Assembly: GCA_963771465.1 (NCBI GenBank)
Contig: CAVYTU010000011.1
Span: 128,001-192,000 of the forward strand
DNA: 64,000 bases
From: an uncultured delta proteobacterium
GTDB taxonomy: Bacteria; Desulfobacterota; Binatia; UBA9968
Direction: 5' to 3'
Shown: piece after piece, positions 9,471 through 18,821 of the stretch
Numbering within the stretch: the stretch's first letter is position 1
Layout of the letters: the number at the start of each line of letters is the position of its first letter
Position numbers and translations under genes: made by a program
The notes under the pieces: generated by a model
What the model saw: only the letters and a program-made list of their open reading frames with translations
Told to the model about the DNA's origin: nothing
The model's database searches: none

Positions 9471-10565
9471 TCAACTCCCGCCCAGAAGTTCTTTGACGCG
9501 TTGGATGATATCCGCCGGCTGATCGATGACTTCACGCGCGGAGGTTTCCAATTCGTCCGCAGGGATGTGATCGACTTCCCATTGTCGCTTCTTTGCTTCG
9601 TCCAAAAGCTCCGGCTCACGTAGCGCTTTGGCGTAAGCGTCGCGCAAGATTTTTACTCGGTCCGCCGGCACTCCCGCCGTCGCTACTGTGGGGAAGTTGC
9701 CGAAGTTGTCACCGCCAAGCAACACTAGCGCTACTCGGCGCTTCGCGTCCGACGGGCGATAACGATCCATCAGCTCGTAGATCGTCGGCACGTTGGCGAG
9801 CTTGGGGTTGCGCTTCGGCGGCGTCTGCAGCATGACTCGAAGAAATCCGCTTTTGACCCAACCCTGCATCGGGCCGCGGCCGAGAAACGCCGCGGTGGTG
9901 ACGCCGCGGCACTGTGTTTCGCCTCTTTCGAGAGCCAAATCTTGCTCTTGGCCGCCCTTGTAACCACTGATGATGTTGACTTTCAAGCCGAGTCCTTCTT
10001 CGAGAAGTTTTAGCGTCATGTAACTCGCCGAGCCGGGAGCCGTCGACGAACATTTCGGCGCGGTGCTGGCGTTGCGTATGTCGTCGAGCGATTTGTACGG
10101 CGCGTCGCCGCGCATAACAAACAGATATTCGTGGCGCGCCGAAGAGCCGATCCAGCTAAACTTACGCCAATCGAACTGCGCTTCCTTACGGCCCGCGAGT
10201 TGGTGAAAATAATGCGCTGCCGATACCGAACCCATGGTCAAGCCGTCGGGTTTGGCGACGCCGTAGACGTAATTCGCCGCGATCAAACCGCCGGCGCCGG
10301 GCATGTTCTGAACGATGATTTGCGGCTGTCCGGGAATATGCTTGGTCATTTGCCGCGTCAGCGAGCGCGACCACATATCGGTGGAATCGCCGGCCAGCAA
10401 GCCAACGACGTAGGTAATCGTCTTGCCGTGGTAAAAATCGCTCTGGGCGAATATTCCATTGGGACTTGCGAGAAATGCGACAACGAAGCCGACAACCCAT
10501 GGGATAGTACGGTAGCAACGTGGTTTTTGCCGTTTCGAGAAAATGACATCATGTGACATAAACAT
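9471..10565 (-). CDS. TctC/Bug-family substrate-binding protein
   Basis: FYHGKTI, VQNMPGAGG, AKPDGLT, GYKGG, ERGE motifs. Confidence 0.9.
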   Translation of the reverse strand: MFMSHDVIFSKRQKPRCYRTIPWVVGFVVAFLASPNGIFAQSDFYHGKTITYVVGLLAGDSTDMWSRSLTRQMTKHIPGQPQIIVQNMPGAGGLIAANYVYGVAKPDGLTMGSVSAAHYFHQLAGRKEAQFDWRKFSWIGSSARHEYLFVMRGDAPYKSLDDIRNASTAPKCSSTAPGSASYMTLKLLEEGLGLKVNIISGYKGGQEQDLALERGETQCRGVTTAAFLGRGPMQGWVKSGFLRVMLQTPPKRNPKLANVPTIYELMDRYRPSDAKRRVALVLLGGDNFGNFPTVATAGVPADRVKILRDAYAKALREPELLDEAKKRQWEVDHIPADELETSAREVIDQPADIIQRVKELLGGS

Positions 10566-10756
10566 GCTCCGACCTTATCCGATATCCATGGTTTCAATCA
10601 ACGTTTGGAGATGACGCCGCCGCCCATTGGCCGATTATTTTTGTTAATACTCAATCACGCGGTAAGTGTGGCCGAAACTATTACGAAGCTCTAGTGAATT
10701 CAATTCTTATCCTTGAAGCGTAGATCTCTGTGTCCATGGGCGACGGGCAATGCGCG

Positions 10757-11806
10757 TCACTGCAAAATCTCCTTCACTCGCTTGATAATCTCCGGCGGTT
10801 GGGTGACGGCGCGTTCGATGCGTTTTTGCAATTGCTCGCCGCCCATGGAGCTGCCCTCCCAGTCGACGAGTTTTTTCGCGTCGGCGCTGAAACCGGGATC
10901 GACGAGCATTTTCATGAACGCTTCACGCAATGTTTTAAGGTGCTCGATCGGAGTTCCTGGGGGCGCGGCGAAGGGACGGTCGAATTCGGTGTAGGCGAGC
11001 ATGACGTCCATCAAATTCAACACCGGCTTTGCCTGCGGCGTTACAAGTTCGTCAACAGTCGGCAGATCCTGCGGCAGCACGCGACTTTTTTTCGGACCTT
11101 GCTGCACGACGAAATTCATATAGCGCTTCTCCAGCCATTCGGGCCACGGCGATCGTAACACCGTGATGTCGGAGCTGGCGCGGCAGTCGGCTTCGCCGCG
11201 CTCCAGCGCGAGATCGATTTCCCGGCCGGATTTGTAGCCCATGACGTTTTGAAACTTAATGTTGAGCGCTTCTTCAACCAGGCTGCTGAAAATAAAGCTG
11301 ATGCTGCCGCTACCGCCCTGGGCAATACGCGGTGGTTTGGCCGCGGCGCGAATCTTGTCGGGGCTCGTCAATCCGGTGTCAGCTCGGCAGGCGAGCATCA
11401 TAGGCGCGTTGTTGAAACTACCGATCCAAGAAAACTTACGAAAATCGAAGCGGACTTCAGGTTTCCCGACCATTTGCTCCAGGTAATTGCCGCGGCCCAG
11501 GGCCGCGATGGTGAGGCCATCGCGCTTGGCGACGCCGTAGAGAAAATTCGCCGCGATGATACCGCTTGCGCCCGGCATGTTTTGCACGATCATCACTGGG
11601 TTGCCGGGAATATGCTTGCCGAGATAGCGGCCGACCAAGCGAGCCGAGTTATCGGTCACGCCGCCAGGCGCGAAGGCAACGAGGAGCTGAATCGTCTTGC
11701 CCTCGTAGTAGGGTCGCGCATTCGTGCTCGCCGCGTTGGCTTGTGCTGGAGCGATGGTGCACAGAAGAACGACCGACAAACGATTCAACTTCCTAAATAT
11801 TCGCAT
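10757..11806 (-). CDS. TctC/Bug-family substrate-binding protein
   Basis: YYEGKTI, FAPGGVTD, HIPGNP, VQNMPGA, ERGE motifs. Confidence 0.9.
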   Translation of the reverse strand: MRIFRKLNRLSVVLLCTIAPAQANAASTNARPYYEGKTIQLLVAFAPGGVTDNSARLVGRYLGKHIPGNPVMIVQNMPGASGIIAANFLYGVAKRDGLTIAALGRGNYLEQMVGKPEVRFDFRKFSWIGSFNNAPMMLACRADTGLTSPDKIRAAAKPPRIAQGGSGSISFIFSSLVEEALNIKFQNVMGYKSGREIDLALERGEADCRASSDITVLRSPWPEWLEKRYMNFVVQQGPKKSRVLPQDLPTVDELVTPQAKPVLNLMDVMLAYTEFDRPFAAPPGTPIEHLKTLREAFMKMLVDPGFSADAKKLVDWEGSSMGGEQLQKRIERAVTQPPEIIKRVKEILQ

Positions 11807-11854
11807 AACCGACTCTCTTTCGCGCCTTAAAGGCGCCGCCGGCCGTTGTCTAAT

Positions 11855-12898
11855 CTAATTGCCGCCCAGAAGCTCTTTGACTCTGCCGATTAGCTGCGGC
11901 GGTTGATCGATGACTTCCTTAGACAACTTTTGTAACTCGTCGCCGGCTATGTGTTCGACGCTCCAGTTGCGTCGTTTGGCTTCCTCAAGCAAGTCGGGGT
12001 CCTTCAGCGCGCGACTGTAAGCGTCGCGGAGAATTTGCAGACGATCCTGTGGCACGCCGGGCGGCGCCACCGCGAGGTATTGACCGAAGTAATCGGCGCC
12101 GAGCAGGACCGAAACGATGCGCTGCTTGGGCTCTGGAGTTTGATAACGGGTCATCAGCTCGTAGATCGTCGGCACATCGGGGAGAAGGGGACTGCGTTTG
12201 CGCGGGCTTTGTACCAGGACGCGGATGAAGCCATTCTTTTGCCAGGAGATAAACGGCTCGCGGGCATGGAACGATGAGGCGGACACCGACCGGCATTGTA
12301 CTTCACCGCGCTCGATGGCGAGGTCTTGATCGCTGCCGCTCTTGTAGCCGGTGACGATGCGGAATTTCGCGCCCAACGCGTCATCCAAGAGCCTCAGGTT
12401 AATATGCCCGCTCGATCCCGGCGCCGTGGCGGAACACTTGGGCGGCTCGCTGGCGGCTCGGATATCTTCGATGGACTTATACGGCGTATCGGTGCGCATC
12501 ATCAGCAACGCCTCCACTTTGCCCGCGGCGCCGATCCAACTGAACTTGCGCCAATCGAATTGGACCTCGCGTCGGCCCGTGAGCTGTTGAAAATAGAGAC
12601 CGGCGGAAATTTGTCCGATGGTCAGGCCGTCCGGTTTTGGGACGCGATAAAGATAATTCGCCGCGATCATGGAACCGCCCCCAGCCATGTTTTGTGCAAT
12701 GACATTGGGATTGCCCGGGATAAATTTAACCAGACTGCGTGTCAACGCGCGCGCCCAAAGATCGTTGACATCGCCCGCGGCCATGTTGATGATAAACGTA
12801 ATGGTCTTGCCGCGATAGAAGTCGGTTTGAGCTATCGCAGTGCCATGCGCGAGAACCGTTGTTAACGCCAATAGAAGCAGTGCAATTAGATTCTTCAT
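11855..12898 (-). CDS. TctC/Bug-family substrate-binding protein
   Basis: Likely start MKNLIALLLL at 12898 (signal peptide, avoids overlap); FYRGKTI, KPDGLT, ERGEVQCR motifs. Confidence 0.9.
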   Translation of the reverse strand: MKNLIALLLLALTTVLAHGTAIAQTDFYRGKTITFIINMAAGDVNDLWARALTRSLVKFIPGNPNVIAQNMAGGGSMIAANYLYRVPKPDGLTIGQISAGLYFQQLTGRREVQFDWRKFSWIGAAGKVEALLMMRTDTPYKSIEDIRAASEPPKCSATAPGSSGHINLRLLDDALGAKFRIVTGYKSGSDQDLAIERGEVQCRSVSASSFHAREPFISWQKNGFIRVLVQSPRKRSPLLPDVPTIYELMTRYQTPEPKQRIVSVLLGADYFGQYLAVAPPGVPQDRLQILRDAYSRALKDPDLLEEAKRRNWSVEHIAGDELQKLSKEVIDQPPQLIGRVKELLGGN

Positions 12899-12912
12899 TT
12901 TTGTTGAAACCC

Positions 12913-13641
12913 TTATCGAACCGGCAATGCCGGCCAAGTTGACAGTAGTTTGCCGAATCCGCTGAGTGGATGTTTCAGTCCGAGCTTTGACAGCATATAC
13001 CAATTCATCGCTGGATTGCTCGCGACCACGGGCAAGTTCAATTCACGCTCCATCTGCTCCAAACAATCCATCGGGTCAAGCACCGCGCCTTGGAAATAAA
13101 TCGCGTCGACTTGGCTTTGCTCGGCCATCGCCCGGCGCGCGTAGGCGATGACATCGTCGGGCGTCATTTTAAGCGCGTCGGTGTAGTGTTGCAAAATTTC
13201 GGCGGGCGAGGTGGTAACGATGTCGAATTGGGCGAGAAAATCGCGAATGAGTTGATTCAATGATGCGTCGAACGGAGTCAGCAGCAGAATTCGTTTAGCA
13301 GAAAAAGTTTTGAGCGCTGCCGCGGATGACCGCAGTGCCGTCGCTACGGGAATCTTGAGCGCCGAGGAAAATGCGCCAAACAAGGCAGGGTTCAAAACCT
13401 CGCGCGGCGCGCCGGGAAATATCAGGCCGTCCAGCCTTTGCTTTTGAGCGAACTGCGCGGCGCGGCCGACGATCAAGTCCAGCTTGCCTTGGACGTCGTT
13501 CAACACGCCATCGTGCAGCACCAGCTGCTCGTAGAGAACTTCGACATTGGCTGGAACCAGATTGAGAAACTTTTTGATATGCGAGCTCGACGGCACGCTC
13601 GGACCAAGCCAGCCGATTCTCACTTGTTGATTGTCAGACAT
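12913..13641 (-). CDS. Arylmalonate decarboxylase/maleate isomerase (Asp/Glu racemase superfamily) homologue
   Basis: RIGWLGPS, KRILLLTPF, LPVVASNPAMNW, GFGKLL motifs; usual catalytic Cys positions appear to be Gly. Confidence 0.8.
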   Translation of the reverse strand: MSDNQQVRIGWLGPSVPSSSHIKKFLNLVPANVEVLYEQLVLHDGVLNDVQGKLDLIVGRAAQFAQKQRLDGLIFPGAPREVLNPALFGAFSSALKIPVATALRSSAAALKTFSAKRILLLTPFDASLNQLIRDFLAQFDIVTTSPAEILQHYTDALKMTPDDVIAYARRAMAEQSQVDAIYFQGAVLDPMDCLEQMERELNLPVVASNPAMNWYMLSKLGLKHPLSGFGKLLSTWPALPVR

Positions 13642-13772
13642 TGACGCTCCATAAGCACAGCCGCTACGCGGGTGGAATTAATATGGATCCTGCACCGTCT
13701 CTTCATACAAGGCATCACTATACTATCTTTAACCTCGCTGGAAATTGGCCAACCGGCGGTTCATTTGTGGCA

Positions 13773-14876
13773 CTAAGCCTGCCCCCAGACTTTAACAGCC
13801 GTATCGACTACCAACTTGAGTTTTTGCCACTGCTCCGCTTCCGTGAGCAAGTTTCCTTCCATCGTCGAGGCGAAGCCGCATTGCGGACTGATGGCGAGAT
13901 TCTCCAACGGCACATACTTGCTGGCTTCGTCGACGCGCTTGGCGAGATCGTCCGCTGACTCCATTTCCACCACCTTGCTGCTGACGAGGCCGAGAACCAC
14001 GGTCTTGCCGCGCGGCACGAAGCGCAGCGGTTCGAAAGTGCCGGCGCGCGGCGACTCGTATTCGAGCAGAAACGCGTCGACCTGCAACTGACCGAACAGT
14101 TTTTCGGCGATGGCATCGTAGCCGCCTTCAGCGTACCACTGGCTGCGGTTATTGCCGCGGCACAGATGAATCGCCAAGATCAAGCCGTCGCGCTGTGCGC
14201 CTTCCAGACAAGCATTGTCGGCGCGGATTGCTTCGTCGAGGGCTCGGTCAGGATCGACGCCCGTTTCGCTCTTAATATAATTGCGCCACTTGGGATCGAT
14301 GTAATAGCTGTAGCGCGGAGCATCGATCTGGATGTAGTGCGCGCCATCGTTCGACAAGGCGTGAATCTCCGCCTTGATGATCGGTACGATATCCCAAAGA
14401 AAGGCGGAATGGTCGGGATAGACTTTATCGCTGACACCTGACTTGAAGTAAATCGCCGGAAATTGATTAGCTGTCGGCAGCGTGACTTTGATGTCTCCGG
14501 GATTGTGTTGCTTGAGGAAGGCAAACTCATGTTCGGTCAGGCGCCGGGTTTGTTTGATCTTGCCGACAACCGTGCCGGGTACCATCGAAGGGCGAGGTGA
14601 TGGCCCGGCGCCGGTTTGCCAAGTGCGTGGAACCGCCACACCTTCTTCGATTCCTTCCACGGCGTCGTTGAAGTCGCTCATGAAGTTGCCGCGGCGGAAT
14701 TCGCCGTCGGTGAAAATTTTGAAACCGAGTTCCTTCTGCCGTTCGACCGCCTGTAGAATGTACTTGTCTTCGAGCGCGTTCAGCTGCGCGTAGCCGATCT
14801 GCTCACTCCGCGCTTGTAAAAGCTCTGCCGGCCGAAGCAGGCTGCCAATATGATCTGCGCGATATTTGGCTGCCAT
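13773..14876 (-). CDS. Cobalamin-independent methionine synthase family protein (C-terminal domain only, YxjG/MesB-like)
   Basis: RADHIGSLLRP, TDGEFRR, HLCRGN, LLEY, SPQCGFAS zinc-site motifs. Confidence 0.9.
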   Translation of the reverse strand: MAAKYRADHIGSLLRPAELLQARSEQIGYAQLNALEDKYILQAVERQKELGFKIFTDGEFRRGNFMSDFNDAVEGIEEGVAVPRTWQTGAGPSPRPSMVPGTVVGKIKQTRRLTEHEFAFLKQHNPGDIKVTLPTANQFPAIYFKSGVSDKVYPDHSAFLWDIVPIIKAEIHALSNDGAHYIQIDAPRYSYYIDPKWRNYIKSETGVDPDRALDEAIRADNACLEGAQRDGLILAIHLCRGNNRSQWYAEGGYDAIAEKLFGQLQVDAFLLEYESPRAGTFEPLRFVPRGKTVVLGLVSSKVVEMESADDLAKRVDEASKYVPLENLAISPQCGFASTMEGNLLTEAEQWQKLKLVVDTAVKVWGQA

Positions 14877-14891
14877 AAAATCTCCTTAGGA

Positions 14892-14968
14892 ATGGAGTGA
14901 TAGAATGTTGGAACAATGGAGTATTGGGATTAGACAGCCCCGACCACTCCAGTACTCCATCTCTCCAG
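14892..14968. repeat. TGGAGTA/TACTCCA short-unit inverted repeat
   Basis: atggagtga...atggagtattgg...ccactccagtactccatctctcca; related copy at 17023..17078. Confidence 0.7.
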
Positions 14969-14980
14969 TTTTCATCGACT

Positions 14981-16048
14981 CTATTCCATCAATAACTTCT
15001 TCAGCCGTTGGACGACTTCAGGTGGCTGCGTGATCACTTCCTTCGCCAGCGCTGATAGCTCTTCGCCGCCGACCGCTTCCACCGGCCAGCTGCGCTTCTT
15101 CGCTTCGGCGAGTAGCTCGGGATCTTTCATGGTCTTGCTCCAACCGTCACGCAAAATTTTTAATCGATCGGCGGGCATTTTTGGCGGTGCTATCCACGGC
15201 CGTCCGAACTCATTGGGCGCCATTACCAGCGTTGCGAGCCGCCGGTCGGCATCGCGGACTTTGTATCGCTCCATCAGCTCGATCAGAGTCGGTGTATCCG
15301 GGAGCGACGAATCGCGTTTGCGACCCGTCTGAACGAACGGACGGGTAAAGCCTTTCTTGAACCAACTGATGTGCGGTTCGCGGCCAAAAAATGCCGCGAT
15401 GGTGATCACGCGGCAGTGCAACTCGCCGCGTTCAAGGGCGAGATCGATGTCCGGCGCGCCTTGGTAGCCCGTGATGATATTAAATTTCACGCCAAAGATT
15501 TCTTCCATGAGCTTGGGCGTGTGGTAGGTAATCGAGCCCGTGCCCGTGGAGCCGCATTTGGGCGGCTCGGCAGCTTTGCGCAGATCGTCGATGGTTTTAT
15601 ACGGCGTATCGCTGCGAAACAGAACTGCCAATTCGGTTTGCTCCGGCGTGCCGAGCCAGTTGAATTGCGCCCAATCGAACTGCACCTCGTTTCGGCCGAT
15701 CAGTTGGTCTATATAGAGTCCCGGGTTGATCGAGCCGAGAGTGAGCCCGTCGGGTTTGGCAACATTATAAATGTGATTCGCTGCGATCACCGAGCCCGCG
15801 CCGGGCATGTTTTGTACCATCATGCTCGGATTGCCGGGAATATGTTTGCCCAAGTAGGTTGCGATGTGGCGCGTCCACAAATCGTAAAGGTCGCCAGGCT
15901 GCCCGCCGCGGATAACGCGGACGGTTTTGCCTTGGAAAAAGTTCGACTGGGCATTTACTAATTGGGGTGATGGGAGGCTCGCAGCGATGGCAATGACCAC
16001 CGCCGCGATAGAAATAACTCGGGAAGCTTTCAACATGTGCGAATTCAC
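14981..16048 (-). CDS. TctC/Bug-family substrate-binding protein
   Basis: FFQGKTV, HIPGNP, VQNMPGAG, PPKCG, ERGELHCR motifs. Confidence 0.9.
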   Translation of the reverse strand: MNSHMLKASRVISIAAVVIAIAASLPSPQLVNAQSNFFQGKTVRVIRGGQPGDLYDLWTRHIATYLGKHIPGNPSMMVQNMPGAGSVIAANHIYNVAKPDGLTLGSINPGLYIDQLIGRNEVQFDWAQFNWLGTPEQTELAVLFRSDTPYKTIDDLRKAAEPPKCGSTGTGSITYHTPKLMEEIFGVKFNIITGYQGAPDIDLALERGELHCRVITIAAFFGREPHISWFKKGFTRPFVQTGRKRDSSLPDTPTLIELMERYKVRDADRRLATLVMAPNEFGRPWIAPPKMPADRLKILRDGWSKTMKDPELLAEAKKRSWPVEAVGGEELSALAKEVITQPPEVVQRLKKLLME

Positions 16049-16061
16049 TTGGCCGGCTCGA

Positions 16062-16988
16062 TCAATTACCTAAGGATTTCTTGATGTAATTGTATGCCGC
16101 GATCGCCGCGGTGGCGCCGTCGCCGGCGGAGGTGATCGCTTGGCGCGCCGAATCTTGGCGAATATCGCCGACGGCGTAAAGGCCGTCGCGCGCCGTCTTC
16201 ATCCAGGTGTCGGTCGGAACATGGCCGGTGTCGCTGAGCTTTACGAGTTTCTGCAACAGCGCCGTGTTCGGTTGCAAGCCAACATAAATAAAAATGCCTG
16301 CCAATTTGACTTCAGATATTACTCCGGACGCTAAGTCACGCACGCGCGCGCCAGCGACGACTTCGTCGCCCAACACTTCTTCAATGACCGTTTGGTGACG
16401 CGGCGTGATCTTCGCGTTGTCTAACACTCGTTGCACATAAGTCTGCTGCGCGGAAAACGATTCGCCCTGATGGAAGAGCAAAATTTTCTCGACGTAATTG
16501 GTCAGCGTGAGCGCTTCCTGCAGCGCCGAATCGCCGCCGCCGACCACGCCGACGGTTTGACCGTTATACAATGGCCCGTCGCAGCTGGCGCAGTGGCTGA
16601 CACCGCGGCCCATGAGTTTCTCTTCGCCAGGGACGCCCACATGCTTGAGCATCGAGCCGGTGGCAACGATTACTGTTTTGGCACGATGTTGCTCTTCGTC
16701 AGTAACGACCGACCAGATATTTTCTTGTGCTTCGAGGCGCACGACTTCGGCGCGCTGAAATTCGGCGCCGTAGTCGGAAGCTTGGCGTTGCAGGTTCGGG
16801 CAAAGATCGTAGCCGGTGATTGCGTCAGGGAAGCCGGGAAAGTCTTCGATCTTCTCGATGCTGATCAAATGGCCGCCGGGAATATTCGATTCCATAACCA
16901 GCGTCGCCAGACCGTGTCGCGCAGAGAATAGACCGGCGGTTAAGCCGGCGAGTCCCGAGCCGACGATTATTACGTCGTAGTCTGCCAT
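16062..16988 (-). CDS. trxB: Thioredoxin reductase-like flavoprotein (low-Mr TrxR family), atypical nucleotide-binding motif
   Basis: GSGLAG FAD motif, GRGVSHCASCDG, GGGDSA, GLYAVGDIR...RQAITSAGDGATAA. Confidence 0.85.
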   Translation of the reverse strand: MADYDVIIVGSGLAGLTAGLFSARHGLATLVMESNIPGGHLISIEKIEDFPGFPDAITGYDLCPNLQRQASDYGAEFQRAEVVRLEAQENIWSVVTDEEQHRAKTVIVATGSMLKHVGVPGEEKLMGRGVSHCASCDGPLYNGQTVGVVGGGDSALQEALTLTNYVEKILLFHQGESFSAQQTYVQRVLDNAKITPRHQTVIEEVLGDEVVAGARVRDLASGVISEVKLAGIFIYVGLQPNTALLQKLVKLSDTGHVPTDTWMKTARDGLYAVGDIRQDSARQAITSAGDGATAAIAAYNYIKKSLGN

Positions 16989-17022
16989 ATCGCTTAGCTG
17001 TTTTAAGTTTCGCTTATTGAAG

Positions 17023-17078
17023 CGGAGTGATGGAGTAATGGAGCGTTGGGTTTCGGAAGCACTACTCCATTACTCCAG
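17023..17078. repeat. TGGAGTA/TACTCCA short-unit inverted repeat
   Basis: cggagtgatggagtaatggagc...ctactccattactccag. Confidence 0.7.
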
Positions 17079-17088
17079 TTCGTTTACG

Positions 17089-18750
17089 TCATCTCCACTT
17101 ATCGACCGACACCGTCTTCTGATAATTGCAGCCCATGATGCGCCAGTAGCCGTTGGTCTCGCCGCCGACTACGACGATGTGAATTTCTTCGGGCTTGAAC
17201 ATATGCACCATTTCGTCGGGGGCGGCTTTGAGCTTGGTCGCGTAGGGTTCCTCGCCGAACGTCGCTCTAGGGTAAATATAATTCTGGATCAGTTGATAAT
17301 CCCAGTATTCACCGGCGGGCATGAGCGCATTGTCGTAAACCCATTCGATCATTTTCTCTTTGGTATCGAAGCCGCCGCGGTCGATAAACTGCCGGGCCGC
17401 GATGGGATCGAGCAGGAACGTCGGCGCGCTATGGGCGTCCATGCCGCGCAGCATGCTCTGCACATGCTGACGCCAATATTTTTGGCGCACGCCGAGAGTG
17501 AAAGCCGTCGAACGGCAGCCGGTGAAAATACTCACGGTGCTGTCGGTCGATTTAAATCCCTGTTGGACGTGAAACGGCGTCCATGGGTTGCGCTCTTCAT
17601 TCTCCGCGAAGGTGACGCTGCCATAGGCGTAGCCGTTACCCTGGGAGCCCATGTAGCTGTCGCCGGGAAGCGAGCCGCCCTGGAGATTTTGCGAGAGCAA
17701 GCCGTAGGCGCGGCCGATGGTTGCGTTGGCCTGATTATACGGCGCCATGGCGCCGGTGCCGGAGTTCATGGCGATTTCTTGGCGGATCGGTCCGTTGACG
17801 ACGACCATCGCGGCCATCGAACTGGTGGTGCTGCCGCGCGCGCTCACGCCGCTCGCCGCCAGCGCGAGGATCACGGGAAAATATTCCGGCCTCGCCCCCG
17901 CCATCACCGCGTTGACCGCGACTTGCTCGACGGTAAACTCCCAATGCTGGCGAAATTGGTTCGAGCGCAAATGACCGGCTATTTCGTCCGGCTTATGGCT
18001 CGTGTGCGCGAGCATTTCCTTGACCCGTTTTTCCGTCGGCAGGACAATCGGCAGCTTGTCGGTCCAATTATTTGCCAAAAACAAACTCTGCAGGTTGTCA
18101 TCCGTATCGGAGTCCACCAGTCGCGGCGTCGAGCGCTCAAATTTGACTTCCTTAAGACCATCTCCCTCAGCCGGACGGGTGAGCCCTTCGATAACTTCTT
18201 GCATGACCGGCCGGCCGCTGATCGGACTCTTGCCGTCGACATAGGCGCGCAGTTGGTCCGCGGTTTTGCCCATCACCGGTTGGGGCACGAAAGTGTAACG
18301 CGCTTCGGACATGCCGTGCATTCGGGTCACCGATTGCACCGCCTTCTCGAAGACGTTGGTGTGGATAGCGACGGTGGGCACACCGTATTTGCTATCGAGG
18401 GCGATTGCGTGCACGGCGACCGCCGGCGCGCAGGTGCTTCAATGGCCGACACCGATGACGGCGCCGTCGCCGTTGGCCTTGATCATCTCCCAGGTTTTCG
18501 GATCGTCCTTGGTGTAGACGCTCGACATTTCCACCAGCTTGGTTTTCACCGAGGGCATGTGCTCGGTGAACCAATTCTCCACCTGGCGCAGGAACAACCC
18601 CGAGTCGTCGAAGCGCGGGTCGACCAAATAGATCGTCTTGCCGTCCAAGCTATCCAGTCGAGGCGCCATCGCTTTCGGCGTGATCTTGGGTGGAAACCCC
18701 ACCGGGTTTAACACGGAAATATTTTGCGTTCCGTTAGTATCGTCAGCCAT
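17089..18750 (-). CDS. Selenoprotein, UGSC-family-like UxxC domain fused to a large domain of unknown function (553 aa, Sec104)
   Basis: ORFs 18439..18798 and 17089..18414 are in one frame: ...GTC GGC CAT TGA AGC ACC TGC GCG... = VGH-U-STC-APAVAVHAI; ATG at 18750 after GAGGAGG; SECIS-like hairpin follows the UGA. Confidence 0.85.
18406..18432 (-). promoter_or_regulatory. Putative bacterial SECIS element
   Basis: UGCG-C-GC-CGGC-[GGUC]-GCCG-U-GC-A-CGCA; loop begins with G after a 17-nt spacer from the UGA; bulged U. Confidence 0.65.
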
Positions 18751-18821
18751 GGATAAATCCTCCTCGTTCTTCTTATGATCTAGCTGAAAAGTAATCAACC
18801 GGTTTCTTGGCTAGCACACGA

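Noticed and set aside
13773-14876. Calling this gene metE
   Set aside because: It lacks the N-terminal folate-binding half; the family includes enzymes that are not methionine synthases.
17017-18711. 564-aa + strand ORF
   Set aside because: Codon-aligned antisense shadow of the selenoprotein gene; no recognisable motifs, and its start lies at the edge of a repeat.
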